From Octopus sinensis (lineage: Eukaryota), in contig NC_043003.1 of the NCBI RefSeq assembly GCF_006345805.1, forward strand, positions 16,430,001 through 16,494,000: DNA of 64,000 bases. The letters run 5' to 3'. Both the position numbers and the translations under genes were made by a program. The notes beneath the pieces are model-generated. The model did not search any database. It was given only the letters and a program-made list of their open reading frames with translations, and had not been told where the DNA came from. This document shows positions 38,084-51,064 of the stretch, piece by piece. Position 1 is the first letter of the stretch; every line of letters starts with the position of its first letter.

Positions 38084-39033
38084 CCCTTAATTTATAAACG
38101 TATTTAATCCCGGTAATCTCAGTAGAGGACATATAATACCATTGATACTTTTCAAGCAGTAGAGGGAAAGAAGGGATCTTTTTCCATGTTTAGTTTCGAT
38201 CCATCCTGATTGATTTAATTCGGTTCTGAATTTTGTTTTATAGGGAAATTGGATATTGGTAAATAAATTTGCATTCTTTATGACATCGTGAAAGTCTCCA
38301 GCCCACAGGAAAATGTCAATCCAAGAAAACAACAGACAAAGAAAAGCGATATTTAAGATCCTTGGCAGAACCATTACTGTGCCGGACATAGTGCTTAACG
38401 GTATTCCTTCTGGCTCCTTGCGTTTTGAGTTTAAATGCTGCAGCAGTCAACTTTGCCTTACATGCTTTCGAGATTGATAAAATAATTACCAGTTGAACGA
38501 TGGGGTCGATGTACGTGATCCCTTCGCCTCAAAATTGCTTGCCTTGTGCCGCCAATATTATAAAAGATAATTAAGAGCGCCACTTTACATCAATAAATTG
38601 TACCTCTCAGTCAACATGCTCCGGTGTATCCAGATACAATGCAATTCTCTTTTAAACTACTTGGTGTATTTTAGATATATGACTTATAGGAAAAAGATTA
38701 AAGGCATAAGTTAAACAGCATTTAGCATATTGTGAATGGTGGTGATTTGGATTGGCAGTATTTTGTCTTTCATCCTTCCATGGTCGATGTAACAAATTGC
38801 CTGTCATGTATAGGGATCAATTTAATCTACTATAACCTCAGCAAAAATTGAGAGCACTGTTATTTACGTTAGATATTAATGTTTACTGGTATAAGAGAGT
38901 TGTGGATTAGCAGAAGCAATAGAGCAAGCTTCAAATAAAATATCCAGAAGTATTTTGTTAAGTAATTATATCTGTGAGTTCGAATACCTTCGAGGTCGAT
39001 TTTGCCATTCATCTTTAACAAGTAGAAATATTA

Positions 39034-39444
39034 GGCGCAGGAGTGGTTGTGTGGTAAGTAGCTTGCTTACCAACCACATGGTTCCGGGTTCAGTCCAACT
39101 GCGTGGCACCTTCGGCAAGTGTCTTCTACTATAGCCTCGGACTAACCAAAGCTTTGTGAGTGGATTTGGTAGACGGAACCTGAAAGAAGCCCGTCGTATA
39201 TATGTATATGCACATGTGTGTGTGTGTGTGTGTGTTTGTGTGCCTGCGTTTGTCGCCCGAACATCACGTCACAACCGATGTTGGTGTGTTTGCGTTCCCT
39301 TAACTTAGCGGTTCGGCAAAATAGTCCGATAGAATAAGTACAAGGCTTACGAAGAATAAGTCCTGGGGTCGATTTGCTCGACTAAAGGCGGTGCTCCCGC
39401 ATGACCACAGTCAAATGACTGAAACAAGCAAAAGCGTAAAAGAG
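39034..39444 (+). mobile_element. SINE family A, full length
   Basis: GGCGCAGGAGTGG head through GTAAAAGAG-like tail. Confidence 0.93.
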
Positions 39445-39626
39445 AGAGTATATTGTGAACGATATAATCGACTGTTCCCCGTCCGAAATGAGCGTGGTAT
39501 TAAGTTAAAATCAAAACTGATTATTCAAAGAAAGAACAAAGCTCCTGGCAAAGACTTTTGTTGATTCTCCTACACTTAAGATCAATATTATTGGTGTTCA
39601 GTGATACAATAAATTTGTAGGGGGTT

Positions 39627-40064
39627 TACTCTTACCCTTTTAATTGTTTCACTCATTTGACTGCGGCCATGCTGGAGCACTGTCTTTTAATCGAGCAAAT
39701 CGACCCCAGGACTTATTCTAATTAAGCCTAGTACATATTCTATCGATTTCTTTTGCCGATCTGCTAAGTTACAGGGACGTGAACACACCAGCATCGGTTG
39801 TCAAGCGATGTTGGGGGGACAAACACAAACTCAAACATACGCACACACACGCACACACACACACACACACACATACACATATATATATATATATATACAT
39901 ACATATATACGACGGGCTTCTTTCAGTTTCCATCTACCAAATCCACTCACAAGGCGTTGGTCGGCCCGAGGCTATAGTAGAAGACACTTGCCCGAGGTGC
40001 CACGCAGTGGGACTGAACCCGGAACCATGTGGTTGGCAAGCAAACTAGTTACCACACAGCCACT
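39627..40064 (-). mobile_element. SINE family A, near full length
   Basis: Inverted relative to 39034-39444, tail-to-tail, ~180 bp apart. Confidence 0.93.
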
Positions 40065-40645
40065 GTTGAGATAGTTGACAACTTCCACGTTCTAGTCAGG
40101 TTATGGAAAGCACCAGTGTTCACAAGAAGTGATTAGAAGCTAAGGATTATAAACCAACGAATTTCTCGTTTTACCGTTCCTGTCATGTTTTTTTTTAATC
40201 TTAAAATAATATTTATTCCTTTACCTTAGCAAAAGGTCACTGATCCGAATGAGAAGAGCATCTTCGGTTAAACCGCTCCAGAACATGACTGATATTTGCT
40301 TAATAAACCTACAGGTGGATGAAAACGGAAAGTCGACCTTAGAGTTTATTTAAGCGTTTACTTTCGCTTTCGTTCAAAAGGAAAGGCCGATGGGCATGTT
40401 CGGTTCACGTGCACTAAAATTAATGTAGAGTCGAATGATAATCATGATCCACGTGCTGGTAACAGTATTAGCCGTTGCTATTGGTGTTCCTTTTCATTTC
40501 ATTCTCGTTCTTATTGTTGCTGTTAAACTGGCGATGATGAAAGTTTTCGTATTTATTAACATTTCTTTTGTTTGTTTAACAACAATAACATTACAATTAA
40601 TTTCGAATATATATTAAGTTTTCCAAATACCTCATTTTGTTTGTA

Positions 40646-40940
40646 TTGGGTTGTCCGTAAAGTTCGTGCCGATTTATAATTGCTGCAGATCGGTTGAGAT
40701 GTGTTACCCCACCCTCCATATTCACCAGATATTGCTCCTTCGGATTTCCACTTATTCAGGTCTCTGCAGAATAGTCTTAATAGTAAAAATTTCAATTCCT
40801 TGGATGACGTAAAAAGATACCTTGATGGATTCTTTGCCATGAAACCACCTCAATTCTGGGAATAGGATATTTTCAAGTTAAAGGAAAGATGGAGACACAT
40901 TGTGCGACAAAATAGTTCATATGTGGTTGATTAAAAATGT
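40646..40940 (+). mobile_element. Internally deleted mariner (same family as 9184-9530)
   Basis: TA + TTGGGTTGTCCGTAAAGTTCGTGCCGA TIR joined almost directly to DVLPHPPYSPDIAPSDFHLFRSLQNSL...KERWRHIV...YVVD*. Confidence 0.88.
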
Positions 40941-41404
40941 ACGCTCAGTTATTTGTTACTCAATTTACCTTTCTTTTAGATTATACAACTACCCACCGCC
41001 CGCCCGCCTCGTCTTCCTCCAACACCTTACGATTGCTGGAGCGCCGTCAGATTGTATGCTATAACAGAGACTAACATTGTTATAGTGGTGGCGTTGACAG
41101 CGATGATGGCAATATTATCTAACATCAACAATAATATCTATTGGTGGTGGTGTTAGTGATGACGATGGTGGCGATATTATCTAACAAGAATGACACTTAT
41201 TGGCTCGTGCTGATGTTAGTAGTGATGATAATGCTTATAGCAGTTGTATTAACGACAACAGTAGTACTTATTGGTGGTGATAATGATGATGATGATGATG
41301 ATGATGAAGTAGCATTATTTAACAGTAACAATACTATTGGTGTTAAGGGTGATAGCGATGGGGCTACATTATTCAACAACTATTGTACAACTATTGTAAT
41401 CATT

Positions 41405-41712
41405 GTGGAGGCGCAATGGCCCAGTGGTTAGGGCAGCGGACTCGCGGTCGGCGGATCGTGGTTTCGATTCCCAGACCGGGCGTTGTGTGTGTTTATTGAG
41501 CGAAAACACCTAAAGCTCCACGAGGCTCCGACAGGGGGTGGTGGGGACCCCTGTTGTACTCTTTCGCCCCAACTTTCTCTCACTGTTTCTTGGGTAACGC
41601 TGCGATGGACTTGCGACCCGTCCAGCTGGGGGGAAACACATACGTCACAGAAGCCGGGAAACCGGGCTCATGTGTCTGGCTAGGCTTGAAAAGGGAGCAT
41701 AAATGAAAAAAA
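41405..41712 (+). mobile_element. SINE family C
   Basis: tRNA-like head GTGGAGGCGCAATGGCCCAGTGGTTAGGGCAGCGG...GGTTTCGATTCCC. Confidence 0.88.
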
Positions 41713-42711
41713 TTGTACACATTGCTGGTTATGATGGTGATGATGATGATGATAACAATATTTATTAATGTTGTTGATTGTAATACTGATGGTTATAATG
41801 GTTGTATTGTTTAACAACATCAATAGTATTCATTGGCGGTGATGGTTGCAATGACGATGTTGCTGTGTTATTTAACAACAATAATAGTTCTTGTAGGGGG
41901 TGTTGGCTGTGATGGTGATGGTGATCGTTAAGGTGGTTGGATTACTTGGAGATGTTGTTGGTGATGGCGGCTGCATCATTTAACCGCAACAATTGTATTT
42001 ACTGGCATTGTTGGTATCGTTAATTGTCCGGGTTATTTTTGGGTGATAATGAAGATGATAGGAGTTGTACACGCGTAAAAGAAATGGCTGACAATAGGCT
42101 GCTGGTGTGTCAGATAGTCCTGGTCTTCAAAGACCGTCTGGAGGCCGTCTAAAAATAGATCCACTCGTCACCACCTCCTGTTCTTTCGGGAAGGGGTAGG
42201 AGGTAAAGGACCCTCCCTTCTACTCCGATGAGAAAGGAGACAACAACTGCTGGTTCATTTTCTGGTGGCTGATTGATAAATTCGTTCATTCATTTATTTA
42301 TTCATTCAGGTAAATGCTTTACAATGAGAGTTCGTTCTATGACGCCTACAAAGGTAACGAACAATACCGACACAGGGACGGATAACAGCTGCTTGCTTCG
42401 AATCAAACATTTCATTCATAATGATACATTCTGATGCGTATTCAGACTTTCAATCACAATAGTAATGCCGGGGTTAGTAGGTGGTGAGACTGAAAAGCCC
42501 TAACAAGAACACTCATGTAGAATCTTTAAAAAATGTGCAGAAAAATCACGTGTATGACCTACGCGTTGCGGTGATTCTATACCAATCAATATGGCTGCTT
42601 ATATATTTTTAGTTACATTGTAGGGTGGGGGCATTAGGAAAAAAATCTTTATGATTTCTTTAATATTATTACATAACTATCGCACTAATATATTGTTTGT
42701 ATAATTTTATA

Positions 42712-42944
42712 TATTCTTCTTTATTGCCCACAAGGGGCTAAAGATAGAGGGGACAAACAAGGACAGACAAACGGATAAAGTCGATTACATCGACCCCAAT
42801 GCGTAACTGGTACTTAATTTATCGACCCCGAAAGGATGAAAGGCAAAGTCGACATCGGCAGAATTTGAACACAGAACGTAACGGCAGACGAAATACGGCT
42901 ACGCATTTCGCCCGACGTGCTAACGTTTCTGCCAGCTCGCCGCC
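42712..42944 (-). mobile_element. SINE family B, full length
   Basis: Close match to the 33807 unit. Confidence 0.92.
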
Positions 42945-44074
42945 TTTTGTTTGTATAATTTTATATACTTGTAGAATGGTATTGTTCGGCACTCGATTAA
43001 CCATTAAGCAAAATAAACACGTGCTTAGGGCATCGACAGAAGGGGTACTCAATAAAATGGTAAATGGTCTATGGCACAAAAATCACTTTAAACTTGTTAA
43101 AATAATATTCGGGATACCATATCTCTGCTAAGTATGGCGGCAAATGTGTTACGTAAAAATTGATTCTGTGAATTTGTTATCAAAGTCTTTGTAATTAAAA
43201 GTAGAAAACTTTCCAAATATAAATAAAGTGGAGGTATGAAAAAATAAACATTATATTCCATCTTACGGTTAGTCTTTGTTTTATTTTGGAAAACAAAAAT
43301 ATATTTCATACTTTATCATTGTTTATATTTTGAATTATATTTATACGAGGACATCAAAATCTTTTAAGTGCTTAGGGTCTTAATCCGGCCCTGGTAACGC
43401 TGATGTAGCTTTGTGATGTCTTTGTTAATAAACTTTAGTCCCGGATCAACTCTTTTCAAGTAAATCTATAATGAAAACATCCCAAATATGACCATCACAT
43501 TATATTTTTAAACAAAATATCCAGTACTATTTTATCAGTATCAAACACATACTTCCTTTCTTTTTAAGATGTACGGGTCTGGTTTGATGAGAATTTGACT
43601 ATTATCTCTGGCAGGCCGATCATACTGTAGAGGCTCTTTCAGAGTATTTATTGTTTCAAATAAAAATTTCAATTCCGTTAAGGTTGATTTTGCATTTCAT
43701 TTTCTCCGAGAGTCGAAAAAGAAGTACGAATTAAGTACAATCGATCATATTCCATCTACCACCAGCCTCGATAAAGAAATGAGTGGCCTTGACCAGCATT
43801 AGAAATCATAATAGTAACTTATCATAATTATACAGCCATATGACGGTGGATTGACAAAACTGTCAGAGAGTCAGGAAAGATTCCTTCAGGTTCTATAAGC
43901 TGCGTTCGAGTCAATATGTGATCAATGGTATTGTTGTTCTTATAGAAACCCGCTTGCTTCCTCGGCTACTGGTCATCGAAATATTTCGATAGCCTGGCGG
44001 CTATGGCCTTTGTATACAACTTGTAGAGGTGAGACAAGAGGGAATAAAATGCAGAGTGTCGTGATGCAGTACAC

Positions 44075-44630
44075 CTTTATGTTCTGAGTTCAAAACCTGC
44101 CGAGATCTCCTTTCCCCACACTTATCTTTCTGGGGGTTTATAAAGCAATGGCCCAGTCAAGTACTGTGGTTCATGGGATCCTGTCATTATTTCTTACTTA
44201 TAAAGGCGGCGAGTCGGCAGAATCGTTAAGCATGCCGAGCGAAGTGCATAGCGGTATTTCGTCTGTCTTTATATTCTGAGTTCAAATTCCGCCGAAGTCG
44301 ACTTTGCTTTTCATCCTTTCGGGGTCGAGAAATTAAGTACCAGTTGCGTATTGGGTCGATATAATTGACTGGCTCCCTTCCCCCAAATTTCGGGGTTTGT
44401 ACCTAGAGTAGAAAAGAATATTTCTTACCTATAAGGCGGCGAGCTAGCAGAGTCCTTAGCACGCCGGGCAAAATACTTCGCGTCATTTCGCCGTCTTCGT
44501 GTTCTGAGTGCAAATTCCATCGAGGTCTACTTTGACTTTCATTCTTTCGGTTGAGCACTAGGATCGATGTAATCGACTTACCCACTTCCGTGAAATTGCT
44601 GGCCTTGTGCCGAGACTTGAAATTAATGTT
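44075..44630 (+). mobile_element. Tandem run of SINE family B copies (decayed ~44075, 44204-44420, 44434-44630)
   Basis: Repeated TTTCTTAC.TATAA(A)GGCGGCGAG junctions. Confidence 0.82.
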
Positions 44631-44774
44631 TCTTACATTTCCCTTTCATTATTTCTGATCTTGTGCCAAAATTAGAAACCGTTACAATTATACATCTGGA
44701 ATATGGGAAATACACAGAAATAAGAGAGTGTCTTCCTCAGTAGCTTTCGGTATGCAACTTCTATACTTTTTTTT

Positions 44775-45173
44775 ATTCTTTTTACTTGTTTCAGTCATTT
44801 GACTGCGGCCATGCTGCCGCACCGCCTTTAGTCGAGCAAATCGACTCCAGGACTTATCCTTTGTAAGCCTAGTATTCTATCGTTATCTTTTGCCGAACCG
44901 CTAACTTATGTGAACGTAAACACACAAGCATCGATTTTCAAGCGATGTTGGGGGGAGAAACACAGACACACAAACACACACATATATCTATATACATATA
45001 CATATATATGGCGGGCTTCTTTCAGTTTCCGTCAACCAAATCCACTCACAAGGCTTTGGTCGGCCCGAGGCTATAGTAGGTGACACTTGCCGAAGGTGCC
45101 ACGCAGTGGGACTGAACCCGGAACCATGTGGTTGATAAGCAAGCTACTTACCACACTTGCCACTCCTGCACCT
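44775..45173 (-). mobile_element. SINE family A
   Basis: Full head-to-tail similarity. Confidence 0.92.
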
Positions 45174-45184
45174 ATGTTGAAATC

Positions 45185-45460
45185 CCTCTAATAGTGGTTA
45201 AGGAATCCGGCACGAGTAGGACCATGACCAATATAAGTCAATCTAGAGCATGGAAAAGGTTTATCGCCAATGCTGGCGGTTGTTCTCATAGCAATTGGTT
45301 TCGGCCCTTTCTTCAGGGACTGGAGTACTGTAATACATAGTGATATCATTTGGGTGGTCAGAGTTAATGGTTACTTATCAGAACCATTCAATATCTTCCG
45401 CTGGATGTCAATGCTTTTCTCACTCAGAAACTGTCCCTATCTTGTGGATTTTGTAAAGTA
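45185..45460 (+). mobile_element. Degenerate L1/Tx1-type RT fragment
   Basis: LAVVLIAIGFGPFFRDWSTVIHSDIIWVVRVNGYLSEPFNI matches the LxxxGFGPxFxxWI..LY....V.VNGxLSxPFxI RT block. Confidence 0.65.
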
Positions 45461-46489
45461 TTTTTTATGATCCGGGTTCAAATCCTTGGATTCTCTTTTG
45501 CTGATCATCCATCTGGTATCGATAGATAGAGCTACAGCATAAAAAAAACAGGGTCCATGAACATTGATTAATAGATGAATAGGTCATTGGGCTGTTTGTG
45601 AGCAGAGTCGTGACTGATAATTCGACAAAGCTCAGTTTAATTTCGATAAGTAATTTCTAGCTTCTTGTAATATATTGTATAAAAATTTAACTTAGGGTTA
45701 CTCGGACACTCAAATATCTAAAAAGAAGTACATGCTCAATGGGATACTTCTAGATAACCTGACAAAATCGGACTAAGCGGCGTTTCTACCGGCTTTTTAC
45801 ATTCTGAATTAAAATTACGCCAAAATCGGCTTTATTTTTCATCATATAAGGGTTGTTAAAATAAGGAACTAGTCAGATACTAGGACCAACGTAATTAACT
45901 AATAACATCCCTTAAGATTGCTGGTCTTGTGTCAAAGTTTCAAAGCACCAAATCAAGGGTTTATGAATATTCAGATTTTATAACAATCGAATGTCATTCT
46001 TACATATTCCTCTTAAACGAACAGATGGAAGGATTATTTCGACTTTTAGAAACAGATCTCCGTTTAATTACCCCAATAAAACAAATACTTGAATAATCAT
46101 CTGCTGATGTAATCCATTTGTGAATAGATCCCTCTTTAGGAATTAAAATAGACGCAGTTCAAGTCCAACTCGATCAAATCGATCTATATTATAATCATCC
46201 CTGTTTATATTGTGGACAATGTACGGAAATCCTTAGTTTTAATTAGTAAGAAAATGAACCCTTGATTTAATGATACAGTATTGTTGTCGTAGTTTTATGT
46301 TATTTCAATCTAAATCAAATAGATCAATGCTCAGAACCGTTTCAGCTATGACCATCCAGTCTTATTTCCAGAGAAACCATCGGCCTAAGCTTTACAATGC
46401 GTTCATTTTTAATACAGTAAGACTAAGGCAGATGTTTGATTGAATCGTTAGAGCCTCTAATAAAGTGCGTTACGATATTAGCTCCAGCT

Positions 46490-46800
46490 ATGAAGCGGTG
46501 AGTAGGCAGAATCGTTCGAACATCAAACAAAATGCCTCGCTGCATTCCTTCCCACTCTTGAGGTTAGAAGTTCAAATCCCATCAAGATCAACATTGTCTT
46601 TCATCTTTTAGGAGTCAATAAAAGAAAGTACCAGTATATACATGGGTAAATGAGATCTATTAATCCCTTCCCACAAAAGAAGGTTCCTGGCTTTGTGTCA
46701 AAATTTGAAACGATATTAATCCAGGCTTACTGCGCTCTATCAAAATCCCATGGAAGTCAACTTTGCATTCATCCTTTTGGGGTTCAACAAAAAAAAAAAA
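46490..46800. mobile_element. Two decayed SINE family B pieces in opposite orientation
   Basis: GGCAGAATCGTT...AAGTTCAAATCCC (plus) followed by GTCAACTTTGCATTCATCCTTTTGGGG-type remnants. Confidence 0.55.
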
Positions 46801-46878
46801 AACGAAAAAAGATGTAAGCCGAATAAAGGTGCTGCCTTTTTTCCTTTCATGTTCCACTGAGTCAAGGGCAGTAGAGGT

Positions 46879-47041
46879 GCAGTTTTTTCTAGCGGTGTCA
46901 TATGAAATAGTCACCCATAATTATGACCCTAGTATCGATCTATTGCATTTCAATCTGTTTTAGGGTTAGGGTTAGTTAGGGTTAGGATTAGGGGTGGGGG
47001 AAGGGTATCTTTTTTTCTTCAGAAATGTAAGTAAACCCAAT
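46879..47041 (+). mobile_element. Truncated copy of the TTAGGG-containing MITE at 48850
   Basis: ~160 bp nearly identical to 48870-49032; both ends missing. Confidence 0.88.
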
Positions 47042-47892
47042 CGCCACTACATAGGTGTATAAAAAGATAATCAGTGCAGACATGGTACATGATTCCGAGT
47101 CAAGTCAAACTCGATTCAGAGCGATAGCAATTGATTTAGTTTTAGGGTGAGCCTGGAGTGAGATGTGTTTATTATTTCTTACAGTTCAAGGGACCTACAG
47201 TGTTTAACATTTCACGTTTTCATATTTCATTTAATTTTTGATGATGGCACACTGCATATAGATAAGAATCAATCAGGATAAAGAGGAGGAGGTGGAGAAG
47301 GTGGAGAAGGTGGGGAAGAGAGGAAAGAGAAAGAGTTACGTGACGTAATGGATGTAAAAAAAATTAAGTTGGAATGGAGAACTGGGGGAGGTGAAAAGGA
47401 AGAAGTGAAGTGGTGAAGTTCAAGAAAAGAACGGCAAATAATATTGATGTTGACGATCATCTTGATGATGATGATGCTGATGATGATGATGATGATGATG
47501 GTAAAGATGATGGAGAACAAGAGTAAGAGGAGGGAAAGGATGATGGCGGAAGTGGTGGGTTGAGTTCCTAATACTGTTGACAAATTCGAGACAAATTCGA
47601 TGTCGATTCAGATATGAAGGGAAATTGAAGGAAAGAAGAGAGGATAAATGGCGAGGAAGAAAAAAAGAAGTGTGAAATATAGAAGACAGACAGAAAGTGA
47701 TGGAGAGAAAAAAATGGTAGATGAGAAATATGAGAAAGGAGAAGAAACTGAAGAGGATAATGAAAAAGAAGATAAAGATAAGACAAAGATAAACAGAAAA
47801 TAGAAGTAAAATATTTATACGGACGAAAAAAAAAATGAAAAGAAGGAAAAAAAGAACGAATAGAATTTTATGATAATGATAGCGATAAGGCT

Positions 47893-47908
47893 GTTGTTGC
47901 TGTTGTTG

Positions 47909-47945
<37 letters not shown>

Positions 47946-48313
47946 GCTGTCGTGATGGGAATGAAGAATAAGATGAAGAAGTAAAGAGGAAAAATGAAAG
48001 AAAAAGTCCTGAGAATTCATAAAATAAGAAAGAGAAAAATGTGATATAGCATGACGACGACGACGACGACGAAGTAGAAGAAGAAGAAGAAGAAGAAGAG
48101 AAGAAGGAGGAGGAGGAGGAGAAGAAGAAGAAGAAGAAGAAGGGGAAGAAGAAGAAGGAGAAGAAGGGGAAGAAGAAGAAGAAGAAGAAGGGGAAGAAGA
48201 AGAAGGAGACGAAGAAGAAGAAGAAGAAGAAGACGAAGAAGAAGAAGAACGAAGAAGAAGAAGAAGACGAAGAAGAAGAAGAAGAAGAAGAAGAAGAAGA
48301 AGAAGAAGAAGAA
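47893..48313. repeat. (GTT)n, (GAC)n and long imperfect (GAA)n arrays
   Basis: Visible arrays; source of the 158-177 aa low-complexity ORFs. Confidence 0.96.
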
Positions 48314-48849
48314 CCATAGCCCTTTCTTTGGAACGCCTTTTCATGCATATTGGTAAGCGATCAATGAAAACGAAATAATCGAGTGGGTGTGGTTAGGATT
48401 TGAACGTATTACAAGACGTGTACAAAGAGGGTGTCATTATGCATTCACGTCTTCAGTTATTGGTAGACGTCTGCAAGAAGGCTGACAAAGAACCTGTCGC
48501 CTAAGTTCAGTAGCAGTTATTGCGTAGGCAAACCTGAAATAACGTGCAACAAGCTTAACACTAGTAGCAGTAGCGGAACATTTTCCCCAATATAATTGAA
48601 TTAGATGCCACCACAGCCAATAGCAACGGTAGCAGTGGTAGTAGTAGGCGGAGGAGATGGTTGAACGTCAACAGTGTTCTTAAAGCTTACCTTACTATAT
48701 TCAATTTAGTGTAACTTGTGGGGGAGTTACGTTTCTCTTTCATTAAAAGCGAGATCGATAGATCAAAATATTTGCAATTTACTAAGGGAGCTTCCGTTAG
48801 TTATTTCCTTTCACAATACCTGTAGTTCTCACCTTTTTATAACTCAATG

Positions 48850-49282
48850 GGATCTTTTCGGTTTGAACGGCAGTTTTTTCTAGCGGTGTCATATGAAATA
48901 GTCACCCATAATTATGACCCTAGTATCGATCTATTGCATTTCAATCTGTTTTAGGGATAGGGTTAGTTAGGGTTAGGGTTAGGGGTGGGGGGAAGGGTAT
49001 CTTTTTTTCTTTAGAAATGTAAATAAACCCAATTTGTTTCTTAAACGAGGGACATATTCACACGGCACAGAATGTTTTCACCTCAATAGACGTCATTGAT
49101 TGGTTGAAATTGCAGAAATTGAAAAAAAAAAACAACACATATCTTACAAACTATAGAATTTTCTCAATAAAACCCAGAGAAAAAGATGTTTTATAAACAC
49201 ATTCTCCCAGTATACGAAGTTTAAAAGTGTGTAGTTACGTGGAAATTATTAAAAAAAACTGCCGTTCAAACCGAAAAGATCC
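48850..49282. mobile_element. 433-bp MITE: 30-bp perfect TIRs, 8-bp TSD, internal telomere-like repeats
   Basis: TIR GGATCTTTTCGGTTTGAACGGCAGTTTTTT at both ends; ACTCAATG at 48842-48849 and 49283-49290; TTAGGG tract 48951-48985. Confidence 0.92.
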
Positions 49283-49354
49283 ACTCAATGCCCTACCATT
49301 CACTAAGTGTGTTATTATAAACGCGCCGCCATCATATTCTTTAAATATTTATCG

Positions 49355-49580
49355 TTTACTTTTCCAGTCATTAGACTGCGGCCATGCTTAGGCACTACCC
49401 TGAATAATTCTTTAGTCGAACGAATCGACTCAAGTACTTATTTTTCTTTTAAGCCCGTGACATATTCTATCAGTCTCTTTTACCGAAACACTAAGGTACT
49501 GGGACGTAAACACACCAACCCCGGTTGTTAAGCGGTGGTAGGAAACAAACACAGACTCAGACACAAACACACACACACAC
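49355..49580 (-). mobile_element. SINE family A, diverged 3' half
   Basis: GACTGCGGCCATGC...GGGACGTAAACACACCAAC...AAACACAGAC. Confidence 0.75.
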
Positions 49581-49721
49581 ACACATATATATATAATATA
49601 ATACCTTTTCCTAACTCAGAACTATTTCTAATTAAGTTTGCAAACAGTAAGAATTTGGCAGAATCCATTCGGCATAATAAATATAATGAAAAGTTGATTA
49701 TAGACTAATATGTGTGTGTGT

Positions 49722-49759
<38 letters not shown>

Positions 49760-49782
49760 AATGTATGTCTGTATGTATGTAT

Positions 49783-50302
49783 TTATGTATGTATGTGCAT
49801 ACATACATACACTTTCGAAAGTGATACGAGTATGCGACATTGCTAAACCGCAACTGTGGTGAAGTGCAGTATACTATGTTATTCTTGATATCACTCCTCC
49901 AGGCGATGTTATTTCACCTTGGCGCTGAAGTATATTGGTTTTTTTAACACTATACGTCTTAAAAGGATTTTTACAGGACGGACGAAAGACTGCAGCTTCT
50001 GGCGTTTAAGCAGCACGCACCATTCAGCATGTTGTATTGATAACATCATAATACATATCTGTGTGGTGTCTATGTATACATTTAAATATCTTTTATCTTT
50101 GATCTTTTAGTCGTTTCACTCATTCAGACCGTAGCCATTCTGGGGCAACACCTTGAAAAATTTTAGTCGAACGCATCGGCCCCTGGTGTTTATTCTATCG
50201 GATCCTTTTTGCCGAACCGCTAAGATATGGGGGCGTAAATACACGAACACCGGTTACCGATCGGTGGGAGGTGGGGGAAACATAGACTTAAAGACACACA
50301 CT

Positions 50303-50370
<68 letters not shown>

Positions 50371-50549
50371 ACCACCACCAAAATCTACAAGTTTTTTTTC
50401 ATTCTCTCTGTTTATTTTCTCTTATTTCTTTCTGTTGAAGAGCGTAGGCACGAAACGTAAAAGACTTTTTCCTTTTCCCGACCGTCAATCCAATACACTT
50501 GCTTGTTGTTCATACACCTGTCTTCGTCTTTTGTTTTTCTATGAATTTC

Positions 50550-50643
<94 letters not shown>

Positions 50644-51008
50644 TGGAAGGTTTGGAGATGATGTACAGGTATTTTATATTAGAAGAAATGGGGTACTCAG
50701 AAATTCGGATGGTTTTATATTTACAGATATTTATTTGTATATTACATGTTTTTATACCTCCCATTCTAGTGGGGTTTTCAAATCAAACTAAGTTTCTGTG
50801 TGAAAAGTTTTGACCATTTTATAGTGTTTTCGAGTTTGTAGTGGTGGGGAGGAATATAAGAGAGTACAAGAGGGTGATGGATGAGGAGAAAGTGAGGGAG
50901 AGCATGTGTGTGTGTTTTTGTATTTGGAATGAGTGCTAAAGAAAAAGAGGGGAAGAAGAAGGAAAAATTTTTTATAATTTTTTTGCTCTGCTGGACAGGA
51001 TGCTTACT

Positions 51009-51064
<56 letters not shown>

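Noticed and set aside
35013-38258. Micro-exon candidates 35013-35032 (GEIYFVE) and 38244-38258 (GNWIL), phase-compatible with each other
   Set aside because: Too short to distinguish from chance AG/GT pairs in AT-rich DNA
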